Source of the DNA: Octopus vulgaris
Taxonomy: Eukaryota
DNA length: 64,000 bases
Direction of reading: 5' to 3'
Assembly: GCA_951406725.2 (NCBI GenBank)
Contig: OX597841.1
Span: 19,406,001 to 19,470,000, forward strand
Positions 1-13,040 of the stretch are shown one piece after another; position 1 is the stretch's first letter; every line of letters begins with the position of its first letter. The notes under the pieces were generated by a model. The model was not told the DNA's origin. It made no database searches and saw only the letters and a program-made list of their open reading frames with translations. The translations under genes were made by a program, and so were the position numbers.

Positions 1-183
1 TGTATATATTCTGATGAAGGAGGCCAAACTTATGGTAAAATCTCTCGGTGACTGTTTACTGGTTCCATACCCAACACCTTTTGAACATTCCATAATTATG
101 TAACTCTGAGCTTTCTGAAACAGTCGTCAAGTTAAGAAATTATGATATGCTCTCCTTAATATTCTAAATTTTTTAATACTATG

Positions 184-249
<66 letters not shown>

Positions 250-317
250 TATACACACATCATCATTTAACATCCAACTTCTGTGCACTCTCTCTCTCTC
301 TCTCATATATCTATATG

Positions 318-348
<31 letters not shown>

Positions 349-407
349 TTCTTGTCTATTCATTTGCCTATTTTTCTGTCATCAAAAACGAAAATATAAT
401 TCAGAAC

Positions 408-456
<49 letters not shown>

Positions 457-532
457 TACACACGTGTTTGTGTGTATGTATAATTGTGATATAACTATTT
501 AATTTGTTATTCCAATTACTTTTCGATTTCAG

Positions 533-676
533 CTGATCAAGCCTCCCGTGGACACAAGGGCTCTGGCTTTCCTGTCTTCTGTGGCTGGGGATGTACTGAG
601 CAGGCACTTAGGAAAGATCTTGCCAGCGCTACTCTCATCCCTCAGCAGTGCAGTTGGTACACCCAGAGAAGAAGAG
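533..676 (+). CDS. GCN1: GCN1 (eIF2-alpha kinase GCN2 activator), first exon visible in window (internal exon)
   Basis: tttcag| acceptor, LIKPPVDTRALAFLSSVAGDVLSRHLGKILPALL...EEE, |gtgagc donor, phase 0. Matches the HEAT-repeat segment recalled from human GCN1 (PPVNTRVLAFLSSVAGDALTRHLG). Confidence 0.93.
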
Positions 677-1065
677 GTGAGCAACCACATTTGTACATTT
701 CTCGTTGTTGTTGTTGTTATCATCGTTGTCTTGAGTCGCTGGAGTATCAGGCAACATCTCTCATTCTATTTTCATCTCATGGCCCCTTTTTATTTTTTTC
801 TGCATCTTCTGCACTCATATCCTGCAGGTTCAACTTGGCCTTTTATAACTGCAGAATTGATAAAATAAAGTACCAGTTAAATATTGGGGTCAGTATAATT
901 GGCGTCTCCTCGTCCCCACAAATTTCTGGCCTTGCAATTATGTTAGAACAATTATAAAAGTACCAGTGAGACACTGGGGTCACTCTAATCAACGCATCCC
1001 CTCCCTACAAAATTGTTGCCCTTGTGGAAAAATTTGAAACCATTATTATTATTATTATTATTACT

Positions 1066-1447
1066 CTGAGCTCCTGGGAGAGTGCAGCAGGGGATCGCAG
1101 CAAATGGAGGAAAATGTGTTTTCTAAAGACTAGAGAATTTGAAAGTAACCGTCTTCGCCATAGGGACGCCCTTCGTGCAAACTTGAAAGCAACGCATCAT
1201 CAGCAAAATCCACCAAACAATGACTGTGTGTGTCACAGAGAGGTTTAAAGCACGAAGCAAAGCTGGGTTCGCTGTCCACTCGAGAAGACATTTTGAACCA
1301 ACGAATACATGCAGGTGTACCATTTGCGAGAAAGTGTGCAAGACATCTGCTGGATTGAAGGTACACATGCGGTGTCACAGGGCTTAGGAATTGTTGAAGG
1401 TTTTTTACTGAACCCTCATCCATCGTCTTCGATGAGAGAATCCACCA
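1066..1447 (+). mobile_element. 3' fragment of RTE-clade LINE with C2H2 fingers
   Basis: SWESAAGDRSKWRK...FESNR...; later CTICEKVCKTSAGLKVHMRCH; flanked on both sides by (ATT)n. Confidence 0.7.
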
Positions 1448-2356
1448 TTATTATTGCTATTGAAGGCAATGAGCTGGCAGAATCATTAAGATACTGGACG
1501 AAATGCTTCGTGGTATTTTCTCTGTCGCTACATTGTGAGTTCAAATTCTGCCTTTCGTCTTTTCGGGGTCAATGTAATCGACCGTCCCCCTCCCCCCAAA
1601 TTTGAGGTCTTGTGCCTCCAGTAGAAAGGATTATTATTATTATTACAGTGGCAAGCTGACAGAATTGTTATTGCACCTGTCAAAAGCTGCAATGAGTTGC
1701 TGCGTTGTTTGCACAATCATCATCATCATCAATTGACATGTTTTCCATGCTGGCATGGGTTGGACGGTTTAACTGGAGCTGACCACAGCTGCCCTGACTC
1801 CATAATCCGTTTTGGCCTGGTTCCTAATGCTGACCCCTTTACAGAGTGTACCAGGTGCTTTCGGGCAGCTCCAGCACCCACGAGCCTGAAAGGTTAGGAT
1901 CTCTTAGTTAGGATGTAGGGGACAGGCTTGTATGCAAGGGCAGCCACATTGTGGGCAATATATGACCAGCATTGTCCAAACAACCTTAGGTTTAACATTA
2001 GGTTCAGAAATCACGTAAGGCTAGGGCTGTGTGTTGTATGACCCCTACACAATTCAGGATCACAACACATAAACCCAAAGCAATATAATCTCTTCTCCTC
2101 AAATGGGCCCTACTCTATATAACATTAGCCAAAAACAAATCAAAGAAGAAAAAGGTCCCATCCCCTTTAAATGAAACCTGTACAAATTTCTTTGAGGGAT
2201 ACCAAATAAGCCACCAATACCTCATTCAACAACTCCCTGCTCAAATGGGCCTTGATACCACAATTTCACTTGAAAATGATTTAACAGAGGGTGATATTAG
2301 GCTAGTCATGGCCTGGCTAATCTTGGACCGAAACGTATCTAAGTTGTATACGTATA

Positions 2357-2642
2357 TCTTTATATATTAAACTGTAGTTGTGTGTGTGTCTGTCTACTCC
2401 GATTTAGATTCCTAACTACTCCCACATTTTGCGGTGCAGTTTAACCAAAACCGGGTATCTTATAGTCGTGATTCATATTGAGCCCTTCTGGGTATTAGTG
2501 CGCGTCTACGATGAGTCTACGATTAAAAAAAAATTTACCATCATTTTCCCCCATTTTTAATTCATTTTTCGATCGGTTTTATATAAGGGAAGTAACTCTC
2601 TAAAAACGCTTATATAGTTATTTCCCTTACAAACCCTGCTAG
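2357..2642 (+). mobile_element. Non-autonomous Helitron-like element, family 1 (3' hairpin deleted)
   Basis: A|TC start, CTAG|T end; same sequence as 36710-37009 and 52459-52857. Confidence 0.7.
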
Positions 2643-2665
2643 TGTTATATATACACACGTATATA

Positions 2666-2895
2666 AGGCGGCGGGCTGGCAGACACGTTAGCGCGCCGGG
2701 CGAAATGCTTAGCGGTATTTCGTCTGCCACTATGTTCTGAGTTCAAATTCTGCTGAGGTCAACTTTGCCTTTCATCCTTTCGGGGTTGATAAATAAAGTA
2801 CCAGTTTCGCACTGGGGTCGATATAATCGGCTCAATCCCTTCGTCTGTCCTTGTTTGTCCCCTCTATGTTTAGCCCCTTCTGGGCAGTAAAGAGA
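2666..2895 (+). mobile_element. tRNA-derived SINE family A
   Basis: ggcggcgggctggcaga...gagttcaaattc (B box)...ctttcatcctttcggggt...aagtaccag; about 16-bp TSD tatatatacacacgta. Further copies near 820-1045, 1463-1640, 6668-6850, 7368-7710, 11250-11375, 18237-18450, 26150-26322, 27180-27573. Confidence 0.8.
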
Positions 2896-2967
2896 TATAT
2901 ATATACACACGTAGAGATGTAATATATGAATAATAAATGTAACTATATATATATTGGTTTTCTACAG

Positions 2968-3243
2968 GAATTGGACTACTGTGAGTCGGTGGTTTTATCG
3001 GTCACCGATGATATTGGAATCAACACTATCCTCACCGAACTTCTCTCTGCTGCCAACAACCCCAACAGCTCGGCAGAGACCTGTTGTGCAGCTGTGAGCA
3101 TTCTGAAAGTGTTCTGTGGCAAGACAAAGGCTGATTATTCGGCCTGTTGCTCTCAGCTGCTACGCACGCTCATTGCACTCTTCACGCACTCAGACGAACG
3201 TGTGCTGCTAGCGTCTTGGAAATGCTTGGATGCCATTGCTAAG
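2968..3243 (+). CDS. GCN1: GCN1 exon (2nd in window)
   Basis: ctacag| ELDYCESVVLSVTDD...KADYS...SWKCLDAIAK |gtaagt; 276 nt, phase 0/0. Confidence 0.93.
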
Positions 3244-3276
3244 GTAAGTGGTGGGCATGGTGGGACATCATTTTAA

Positions 3277-3498
3277 CCCTTTTGTCACTAACTCGGCTGA
3301 AACCACCTCTGGTTCTGTAGTACAAATGTCTTGTTTTCATAAATTTTGAATCAAAATCTTCCACCAAACCTTAGTCACAATTTATGTTCCTAACACTAGC
3401 TGAATGATAACGAAGGTATTTTACTAAATTCTTTGTTATATTTAAAATTAATTGAAAGAAACACAGAGCATTTCAAAATAAATACAGTAACGAAAGGG
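3277..3498. mobile_element. piggyBac-type MITE
   Basis: TTAA|CCCTTT...AAAGGG|TTAA; related copies at about 24560-25650 (interrupted) and 25797-26022. Confidence 0.8.
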
Positions 3499-3560
3499 TT
3501 AAAGGGTCATTTGATTGAAGTCAGGTTTTATTGAATAAGATTGTTTGGAGTTGAGTGAGA

Positions 3561-4130
3561 TCATTAAGTTTAGCTGAGTACAGCCTGGTGGAGTGTAGAT
3601 GATTAAAGCTTGATGGGGTTTAGCTAAGTAAGGCTTGGTGGGGTTAAGTAAAGCTTCATTGAGTTTAGCTGAGTACAGCCTGGTGGAGTGTAGATGATTA
3701 AAGCTTGATGGGGTTTAGCTAAGTAAGGCTTGGTGGGGTTAAGTAAAGCTTCATTGAGTTTAGCTGAGTACAGCCTGGTGGAGTGTAGATGATTAAAGCT
3801 TGATGGGGTTTAGCTAAGTAAGGCTTGGTGGGGTTAAGTAAAGCTTCATTGAGTTTAGCTGAGTACAGCCTGGTGGAGTGTAGATGATTAAAGCTTGATG
3901 GGGTTTAGCTAAGTAAGGCTTGGTGGGGTTAAGTAAAGCTTCATTGAGTTTAGCTGAGTACAGCCTGGTGGAGTGTAGATGATTAAAGCTTGATGGGGTT
4001 TAGCTAAGTAAGGCTTGGTGGGGTTAAGTAAAGCTTCATTGAGTTTAGCTGAGTACAGCCTGGTGGAGTGTAGATGATTAAAGCTTGATGGGGTTTAGCT
4101 AAGTAAAGCTTCATTGAGTTTAGCTGGGTA
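3561..4130. repeat. 95-bp tandem satellite, about 6 copies
   Basis: gagtacagcc recurs at 3576, 3671, 3766, 3861, 3956 and 4051. Confidence 0.95.
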
Positions 4131-4706
4131 TAAAGCTTGGTTGATTTCTATTTTTTGTGAGATGGAATGTGCTCATTTAGTGGGGGAAGGTGAAAAGTTT
4201 GATGGAAAGCCCAAGGAAGGTGATTGGAGGTGGTCAAACAATGGAGGGACAAAAGGTAAGTTGAGAGAGAGAGAGAGAATGAATATATATTTCTGTGTGA
4301 GCATCTGTGTTTTTATATATATATATGTGTGTTGTGTATATATACACACACACACACACACACCCAAGTGTGCATATATTTGTGTGTGTAGTAAACATTC
4401 CGTTTTCCAAAATGCTTGGATCTGAAGCATACTTAATATATATGTACACACATAATCTTCACACACATACATATATATATACATATACACACACACATAT
4501 ACACATACACACCCACACAGCAGAATTGAGATCCTAAACCCAAGGTGCCATGTAAAAAGCACCCAGTCCATTCTGGAGTGGTTGGCATTTAGAAAGGCAC
4601 CGAGTTGTAGAAGCCAAAACAGAAAACAGGAACCAGATGCAGCTTCTGTCAAATCAATACCAGCATGGAAAACGGACATTCAATGTTGGTGATATATACA
4701 TACATA

Positions 4707-5600
4707 TCATCATCATCATCATCGTTTAACGTCCGCTTTCCATGCTGTCATGGGTTGGACGATTTTGACTGAGGGCTGGCAAACCAGATCGCTGCACCAG
4801 ACTCCAATCTTGATCTGGCAGTTTCTGCAGCTGGATGCCCTTCCTAACGCCAACCACTCCGAGAGTGTAGTGGGTGCTTTTTACGTGCCACCAGCACGGG
4901 GGCCAGTCAGGCGGAACTGGCACCCACCTCGCTCGAATCTTTTTACACATACCACCAGCACAGGTGCCAGTAAGGCGATGTTCGTAACGATCACGCTCGA
5001 ATGGTGCCCTTTTATGTGCCACTGGCACGGAAGCCGGTTAGCCACTCTGTCAATGATCGTATGGTGGTCTTTGCACCCTGCCGGCACGAACGCCAGTCAT
5101 CGAATTTGATCTTGATTTTGATTTGATTTCACTTGCATCAACAGGTCTTTGCAAGCAGAGTTTAAGTCATCCAAAGAAGGAAAAGGTATGCATAAGTGGG
5201 CTGTTTACGCCCCTGGCATAGGCCATGAGGTTATGGTCACATTTGGTTTGCCGGGTCTTCTCACGGACGGCATATTTCCTAAAGTCACGGTCACTAGTCA
5301 TTTCCTTGGTGAGGCCTAAAGTTCGAAGGTCGTGCTTCACCACTTCATCTCAGGTCTTCCTGGGTCTACCTTTTCCTCAACCGCTATGGTGTGGCACTTT
5401 TTCACACAGCTGTCCTCATCCATTCTCACCACATGACCATACAAGCACAGTTGTCTCTCTTGCACACCCCATCTGATGCTTCTTAGGTCCAACTTTTCTC
5501 TCAAGGTACCTACACTCTGTCAAGTATGCACACTGACATTACACATCCATCGGAGCCTACTGGATTCATTCCTTGCGAGCTTACACATGTCCTCAGCAGT
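4707..5600 (-). mobile_element. 5'-truncated RTE LINE family 1 (ORF C-terminus, 3' UTR, (GAT)n tail)
   Basis: Homologous to 28641-29710. Confidence 0.85.
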
Positions 5601-5904
5601 CACACACACACACACACATATATATATACATACATAAACACACGCATACACTCACACACATACACACATGTATATGCAGGTGTTGGTGTGGGTAAAATGT
5701 TTGTTTCCCAATCACATGGTTCCAGGTTCAGTTCCACTGTCTGGCACCTTGCACAAGTGCCTTCTATTTTAGCCCCAGCCTGACCAAATCTTTGAGAATG
5801 GATTTTGGTAAACTGAAAGAAACCCGTGCCTCTGTCTGTATCTTCGTCTCTCCTTATCTTGACACCATGTGATGCTTGTAAACGATTGTCTCTACCACAC
5901 CTGA

Positions 5905-6590
5905 CAAAAGCACATCCTTACCGTCGCTAGGGCTACGCCTCAAAGGCTAGGCCCCTTCTCTTTACAGCCAGAAGATACCTCATCCCCTAACCATTATTCA
6001 TTCTTTATTAAACACACAGCTGAGGCCCACAATGGAGTCTTTCTTTCAATCATCTGGGACAATGCTACTGCTGTACACACACACCCTAGATTACCAGAAA
6101 AGGGGCCACTAGACTTCTAGGCATACTCCAGGGTCTTGCCCAGAGGTGTGTTGAGTCTCCTCTCTGCCTTTTCAACTTCTACTGTAATGGCCTCTGCTCT
6201 TAAGAAGCTTCATGTTGTCTTCAATCAGATATTCCCTTTCTTTTTCTCATCAGCTTCGTTGTATCAAACCCTGCACTGACTCCTGTGCCCACTTTTCCCA
6301 CCCACACTGTTATCCCTTTGAAATTCCTTCTTTGTTCTTACTGTTCCACTCTTGTTGACTTACAAAAGTTGAAAACTTACGTTAGAGGAAGACAAGGCAG
6401 TAGGGGGTGTCCTTTCTTCCAGCCCTGGCAGCTAAAAATTAACAGTTACCATGAAGGTAGCTTCCTAATAAGTATGGCACAACTTCAGTTTCACAGGATA
6501 AACAACAGATTCAGTCACGGAATGCTTTGCTTGTTGTCCAAAACAAGTCCTCTTCCATACAACTCTTTCACTTCAGCATAAAACTGTTAG
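5905..6590 (+). mobile_element. Highly degenerate CR1/L2/Jockey-like LINE 3' remnant
   Basis: Broken traces of QLRPTME..IWD..QKR motifs; many disruptions. Confidence 0.35.
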
Positions 6591-7065
6591 ACATCACGTT
6601 TGGTTTCTGGTTCTCCTTTGGCTCAGCACATCCTACTTTCCCAGCCACCCTCTCCAAAATGAGTGAAGGGCGAAATACTTAGCGGTATTTCGTGGTTCTT
6701 TACGTTCTGAGTTCAAATTCTGTCGAGGTTGACTTTGCCTTTCATCCTTTTGGGGTCGATAAATTAAGTACTGGTTGCATACTGAGGTCAATCTAATTGA
6801 CTGGCCCTCTCCCCCCAAAAAATTTCAGGACTTGTGCCTAATGGAATAATGTTTACTCCATGGTTTACAATTGTTTCATCAACTTCAATTGACCAATCAA
6901 ACATCATGTCTGTAGACATTGGTGATAATGAAGAATTAGTCATGTTTATTGTGTATGGCATATTATGTAACAGCACCAGTAATTGGTTCTTCAGAACCGT
7001 ATGAATACAGTAATGCATGATTTTGTGTGTGTGTGTATATAAATAAAATATTTCTCTTCTTGCAG

Positions 7066-7185
7066 GATCTAAAGAACATGGACACTGGCGAGACAATCCA
7101 ACAGATACGTCAGGCCATCCGATTCGCTACATCAGATTACAAAGGGACGGGTAAGGAATTACCTGGCTTCTGCCTCAGTGGGAAG
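7066..7185 (+). CDS. GCN1: GCN1 exon (3rd in window)
   Basis: ttgcag| DLKNMD...KELPGFCLSGK |gtaagt; 120 nt; conserved PGFCL motif. Confidence 0.92.
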
Positions 7186-8227
7186 GTAAGTTGTCCACCT
7201 CATCTCAACCTCACTGACCCATTATTATACACCAGACTGTCTGTGTGTCACAGTTTTGTCTATTATTATTTACTAGCCTGAAAAATTCATGGAAATTTAT
7301 AAAAAATGTAAGCATGTGTAAATTGTGTGCAGGAGCCATGAGAAATATTTCTCTATTGTGACAGTTTAGGGCGAAATACTTAGCGGTATTTCGTGGTTCT
7401 TTACGTTCTGAGTTCAAATTCTGTCGAGGTTGACTTTGCCTTTCATCCTTCCAGGGTCGATAAATTAAGTACCAGTTATGCACTGGAGTCGATATAATCG
7501 ACTTAATCCATCTTTCTGTCCTTGTTTGTCTCCTCAGTGTTTAGCGGCTTGTGGGTAGTAAAGAAATAGGTATTTTGTCTGTCTTTATATTCTGAGTTCA
7601 AATTCTGCCGAGGTCAACTTTCCCTTTCATCCAATAAATTAAGCAGCGATGTAATCAACTGGCCCCCTCACCACAAAAATTCCAGGACTTGTTCCTATAG
7701 TAGAGAAGTATATTGCAACAGTTACAAAATATAGAAAGAAGTGTAAAACTGATAACTAAATAATCCAGTCAAAATATCTCAGTTATGCAAACGTAAACGG
7801 AATTACTGTTTAACCTTAAAATACATTGTACATATTCAGAGAACCTTCTTGGTTTAGTGGTGCGGAACGTTTTTCTGGTTTTCTTTTAGTCATTTGGCAG
7901 TGGCCATGCTGGAGCACTGCCTTTTAGTTGAAGAAACGAACCCATGGACTTATTCCCTATAAGCCTGGTGCTTATTCTATCATTCTCTTCCGCTGAACAG
8001 CTAAGTTACAAGGACGCAAACACACCAACATCAGTTGTCAATTAATGGTGGTGGGGGCACAAACACAGACACATTCAATAATTAAAACAAATTCAAAATT
8101 TAAATTTCGGAACATAAGACTTAACCTGTTATCTGGTGTATAACCGAATTCAAATGGGTAGAAGACCTAAAACAAATGTGTGTGTTGTTGGGGTTGGGCC
8201 CTTTAATAGCAAGGTATTTGTAAAGAC

Positions 8228-8540
8228 ACATGGCTTAGTAGTTAGGAGTGTTCAGCTCTCAGTCAAAAGGTTGTGAGGTCAATTCCTAGTGACATATCAC
8301 ATCCTTGAGCAAGACACTTTATTCCACATTGCTCCTGTCCACTCAGCTGGCAAAAGTGAGTTAGACCTGTAAATCAAAGGGACCAGCCTTGTCACATTCT
8401 ATGCCATGCAGAAATCTCCTTCAGAACAACGTTAAGGGTACACATGTCTGTGGAGTACTCAGCCACTTGCAAAATAATTTCATGAGCAGGCTGTTCCATT
8501 GATCAGATCATCTGGAACACTCATTGTCGTAACCAACAGT
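8228..8540 (+). mobile_element. tRNA-derived SINE with CORE-like segment (family C)
   Basis: tggcttagtagttagg A box, ccttgagcaagacacttt...ccactcagctggcaaaa; related piece at 61490-61600 (-). Confidence 0.6.
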
Positions 8541-8675
8541 GTGCCTGTGTGTGTGTGTGTGTGTGTGTGCGCCTGTGTGTGTGTGTGTGTGCGCCTGTGT
8601 GTGTGTGTGTGTGTGTGCCTGTGTGTGTGTGTGTGTGTATTATATTAAAGCTGTTTCTTTTTGTCTTCCCTGCAG

Positions 8676-8906
8676 AGCATCAGCCCTTTACTGCCAATTT
8701 TCCGTGAAGGTATTCTACACGGCAGCCCTGAACTGAAGGAAATGTCTGCCGAGGGTCTTGGTGAAATCATTCAGCTGACCAGTGCTCCGGCCCTCTCACC
8801 ATCGGTCATCAACATCACTGGACCACTCATTCGTATCCTGGGTGACCGCTACCCTTGCAATGTGAAAGTTGCAGTTCTGGAGACATTGAACCTTCTGTTG
8901 AATAAG
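8676..8906 (+). CDS. GCN1: GCN1 exon (4th in window), in the GCN2-RWD-binding region
   Basis: ctgcag| SISPLLPIFREG...ITGPLIRILGDR...LLLNK |gtaagt; 231 nt; ITGPLIRILGDR is highly conserved in GCN1. Confidence 0.96.
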
Positions 8907-9458
8907 GTAAGTCTATAAATGGAGGAGTTTGACCACTGGTCAAGATGCTTCCCATGGCGAGATAGATTTCTTTCTCTCTCCTCCCTTCTCTAGCACTCCC
9001 TCTTCTCCCTTATCTTCTCTAGCTTTACCTCTCTCCCTGCTCTCTTCCTCTCCCCACCCTCTCTAGCTTTACCCCATCCCCACCCCTCTCAATCTCCTCC
9101 TCACCTCCTCTAGCTCTCTGCCCTCTTTAGCTCTGCTCCATCCCCACTCCTCTCCTCACCCCCTCTAGCTCTCTTCCTGTCCCTACTCTCTTAGAAAAAG
9201 CTGCATCAATCCATTTCTATGGAAACAGAATGGTGAATTTTAAAATGATGATGACAGTGATTCACTTATTTCAATTTCCATCAAGCAAATTTCTTAATAA
9301 GGTTTTGGTTTGCCTAGGGCTATAGTGAAAGACCCTTGCCCAAGGTGCCATGCCATGGGACTGAACCTGAAACCATTTGGTTGTAAAACAAACTCGTTAA
9401 TCACAAGCGTCTATACCTGCATCTGTATGTATATATACACATCACAAACGCACACTCC

Positions 9459-10511
9459 CATGAGGTGGGGTACCAAAAAGCTTCCCCAACTAGTTCCGTA
9501 GTGCACCAACAGAGTTCCACTGCAGCGTTTGAGGGAGGACATCCAACGAAAGTGACCAGATCTATACAGCATGAAAAACTGAATTCTGGACAACAGTGCA
9601 CCCTTTCACCAAGCTCCCCTCACCTTCTGAGTTTCTTCCCAAAAGCATGGTATCACTTCTGTACTTGCCTTATTCACCAGATTTAGTACCTGCAGACTTC
9701 CATCTGTAGTGGTTATATATAGACAGTTCCAGGTGTTGATGTGGCTGCATATATATTGTTACAAGAGTTCATATAGAGATGAGGAATAAATTTAAGAACT
9801 GTATATTTACTATATAAAATTATTTTTTATTTCCTGGTCGATGACGATACATAATCAAACTGTAGAATCTATGCAAGAAAGTTCAGAGGTAGAAGATATA
9901 GAAATAACAGCTAAGTGGTGGTTTTTCAGTCATGTGGCATAGAGAAATAGACGGACACAGCAATGACGTGAATGGCTCTAAGTCTAATCAACTAAGAAGC
10001 GAAGATCAGGGTTAGCTAGCTGTTTTTTATTAATGCAATGCTAGACATTCTTGAAACTTCCAAGAGAAACGCTAAGCTTCTTAATTAAGAACCATGTCTC
10101 ATGACACAGATGCTTCAAGAAACTTAGTAAAGGGAGGTTACTCTATAATCTTTCTTGCAAGGGAGATCATTCAACTATCCAGCTATCGCTACACATCCCT
10201 TCCCCAAGATGAAAATGCAGCTCTAAAGTCTTGTTTTAACATCATTGTTGAGATCCAGAGCAAATCACAGAAGATTCTTGACTTGGATACGAGAAATAAC
10301 TTCCAGGACAGATTCCCAAAGTGACAGGAATGCTGGGACAGGTGTATTGCTGTGCAAGGTGACTATTTTGAAGGAGATGTTGTTAGAGCTTGGGTAAATA
10401 AGTCATTCTTTATTAAACATATCTAGTCCAACCCATGCCAGCATGGAAAACGGACGTTAAACGACGATGATAAAGAGGATGAGTGCAGGAGCTTTGTGAT
10501 AGTACCTCATA
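9459..10511 (+). mobile_element. Decayed mariner transposon with internal insertions
   Basis: PYSPDLVPADFHL (YSPDLAP motif) at 9668-9706; WDRCIAVQGDYFEG C-terminus near 10335-10378; degenerate TIRs atgaggt...aaagct at both ends. Confidence 0.75.
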
Positions 10512-10616
10512 TACCTTCCACCCTTCTATATACTCAAAACGTCTCACACACACTCGTCTGATATACACCACACTTCCGTTACATGACCACCACCTCTCAA
10601 TTTCTGCATTTTACAG

Positions 10617-10810
10617 GTCGGCGCAATCATGAAGCCATTCCTACCTCAGTTACAGACAACGTTCACGAAGGCCCTCAATGATGCCAACCGCACGGTGAGG
10701 TTAAGAGCAGCATCTGCCATGGGGGGCCTCATTGTGATACATACTCGGGTGGAACCTCTCATCACCGAGTTACATACAAACATCAAAACCACAGATGATA
10801 CCAGCATCAG
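10617..10810 (+). CDS. GCN1: GCN1 exon (5th in window)
   Basis: ttacag| VGAIMKPFLPQLQTTFTKAL...TSI(R) |gtgagt; 194 nt, ends phase 2. Confidence 0.96.
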
Positions 10811-10839
10811 GTGAGTACCATCCTTCATGTGCCCTTCCT

Positions 10840-11860
10840 TGTTGCTTAGCCCCAGCTCACAGATCTAACCATCCCCTCTTTTATTCGGTCATAGTGTACC
10901 TAGGAAGACATCATTTAATGTGTCGTTCCTTGTTGTTTAGCCCAAAGTCAGTCCTGATCCAACTGACCTACGGTCAAAGACGTTCCAGCTGTGACCATCC
11001 TCTCTTTTATTCAGACATAGTCTATCTAAGACTACATTATCTAATGTGTCCTTTATTGTTGTTTAACCCCTGGTCAGTCCTGATCCATTGGACCTATGAT
11101 CAAAGACGTTCCAGCTGTGACCATCCTGTCTTTTATTCAGACATAGTCTATCTTGGACTACATTGTCTAGTGTGTCCTTTGGTGGTGGTGTTTAGCCCTA
11201 GGTCAGTCCTGATTCATTAGACATAGTGTATCTTTTACATAGTACCTATTTTTTTTTACTACCCACAAGGGGCTAAACACAGAGAGGACAGACAAACGGA
11301 TTAAGTTGATTATATCGACTCCAGTGCATAACTGGTACTTAATTTATCGACCCCGAAAGGATGAAAAGCAAAGTCTACATAGTACTGCCTGACTGGCCCC
11401 TGTGCCGGTGGCACGTAAAAAGCACCCACTACACTCTCGGAGTGGTTGGTGTTAGGAAGGGCATCCAGCTGTAAAAACTCTGCCAGATTAAGATTGGGGC
11501 CTGGTGCAGCCATCTGGTTTGCCATTCCTCAGTCAAAATCGTCCAACCCATGCTAGCATGGAAAGCGGACGTTAAACGATAATGATGATGATTGTGTATC
11601 TAGGACTTCATTAGCTAGTGTGTCCCGTATGTTAGTCCTAAGCTAGTAGACCTATAATTAAGGATGTTCCAGCTGTGACCATCCTGTCTTTTATTCTAAC
11701 ATACTCTATCTACGATTACATTATCTGATATGTTTTTATTATTTAGCCCCTGGTCAATCCTGATCCTATGATCAAAGACGTTCCAGCTGTGACCATCCTG
11801 TTTGTTTTTGTTCAGACATAGTGTATTTGGGACAACATTATCTAATTCATCCTTTGCTGT
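10840..11860. repeat. About 126-bp tandem repeat, interrupted by SINE/RTE pieces
   Basis: Unit ...gacgttccagctgtgaccatcctgtcttttattcagacatag... at 10985, 11111, 11668, 11783. Confidence 0.85.
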
Positions 11861-11915
11861 TCAGCAGCCCTTAATCTCTCTCTCTCTCTCTCACCAATCC
11901 TTGTTTATTTTCCAG

Positions 11916-12127
11916 GGACACAACATTGCAGGCTCTGCGGAACTGTGTGGGTGGATCAAAGGGAAAGATAAGCGACAATCTTCGAAAGACACTGAGCGGG
12001 ACCCTGCTACGGTTGTTGAACAGCCCTGAGGACACGACACGCCTGATTGCAGCTGGCTGCCTTGGGGCCCTGACTGTTACATTGCCAGACAGTGATTTCA
12101 CTGACATGATGAATAGCCATTTGATGG
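11916..12127 (+). CDS. GCN1: GCN1 exon (6th in window)
   Basis: ttccag| (R)DTTLQALR...EDTTRLIAAGCLG...HLM |gtaaga; 212 nt, phase 2 in, phase 1 out. Confidence 0.94.
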
Positions 12128-12151
12128 GTAAGAAGTGGCAGCTGGTGTGAA

Positions 12152-12650
12152 GTGTACACACACACACACATGTATATGCAACACACACACACATGTATAC
12201 ATATACACACACACACATGTATACATACACACACACACGCATGTATACATACACACATGTATACATATACACACACACACACATGTATACATATACACAC
12301 ACACGCATGTATACATACACACACACACACACATGTATACATATACACACACACGCATGTATACATACACACACACACACATGTATACATATACACACAC
12401 ACACACATGTATACATACACACACACACACACATGTATACATATACACACACAGAGACATATATATGCAACACACACACACACATGTATACATATACACA
12501 CACACACATATATGCAACACACACACACATGTATATATGCAACACACACATGTATACATACACACACACACACAGACATATATATGCAACACACACACAT
12601 GTATACACACACACATATATATATGCAACACACACACACACACATGCATG
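12152..12650. repeat. (CA)-rich minisatellite (acacacatgtatacat)
   Basis: Direct inspection. Confidence 0.95.
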
Positions 12651-12651
12651 T

Positions 12652-12848
12652 GTACAAGGTCTGATGAGAAAGTACTGAGACGGGTGTTATTAAAAAGAAA
12701 ACTACAGCATTTAATCCCCCTCAAAGTTGTCCCCTTAACCCATAACAATTCAACATTCAAGGGCAATCTGTGCCAAGGAACTTCATTCTGCGTACTTTAG
12801 CTCTGTTACCGTAGCAACAATCCTACTACTTTACAATCAGATCTTATA
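12652..12848. mobile_element. mariner-type MITE
   Basis: TA-flanked imperfect TIRs tacaaggtctgat / atcagatcttata. Confidence 0.55.
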
Positions 12849-13040
12849 TATATGTATATATATATAAATATATATATATGTATATATATATAATATATAT
12901 ATATATATATGCATATATATGTATGTATATATATTTATGTATATATATATATATGTATATATATATGTATATATATATAAATATATATATGCATATATAT
13001 GTATGTATATATATTTATGTATATATATATATATATGTAT

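Noticed and set aside
3561-4130. Regular repeat superficially like a CRISPR array (also the 126-bp arrays)
   Set aside because: No unique spacers, no cas genes, eukaryotic intron context.
10094-10324. 76-aa ORF in a GCN1 intron
   Set aside because: Chance ORF running into the decayed mariner C-terminus; no independent gene evidence.
12661-12672. CTGATGAGAAAG hammerhead-like or C-box motif
   Set aside because: No stem II between the boxes; it is part of a mariner-type TIR.
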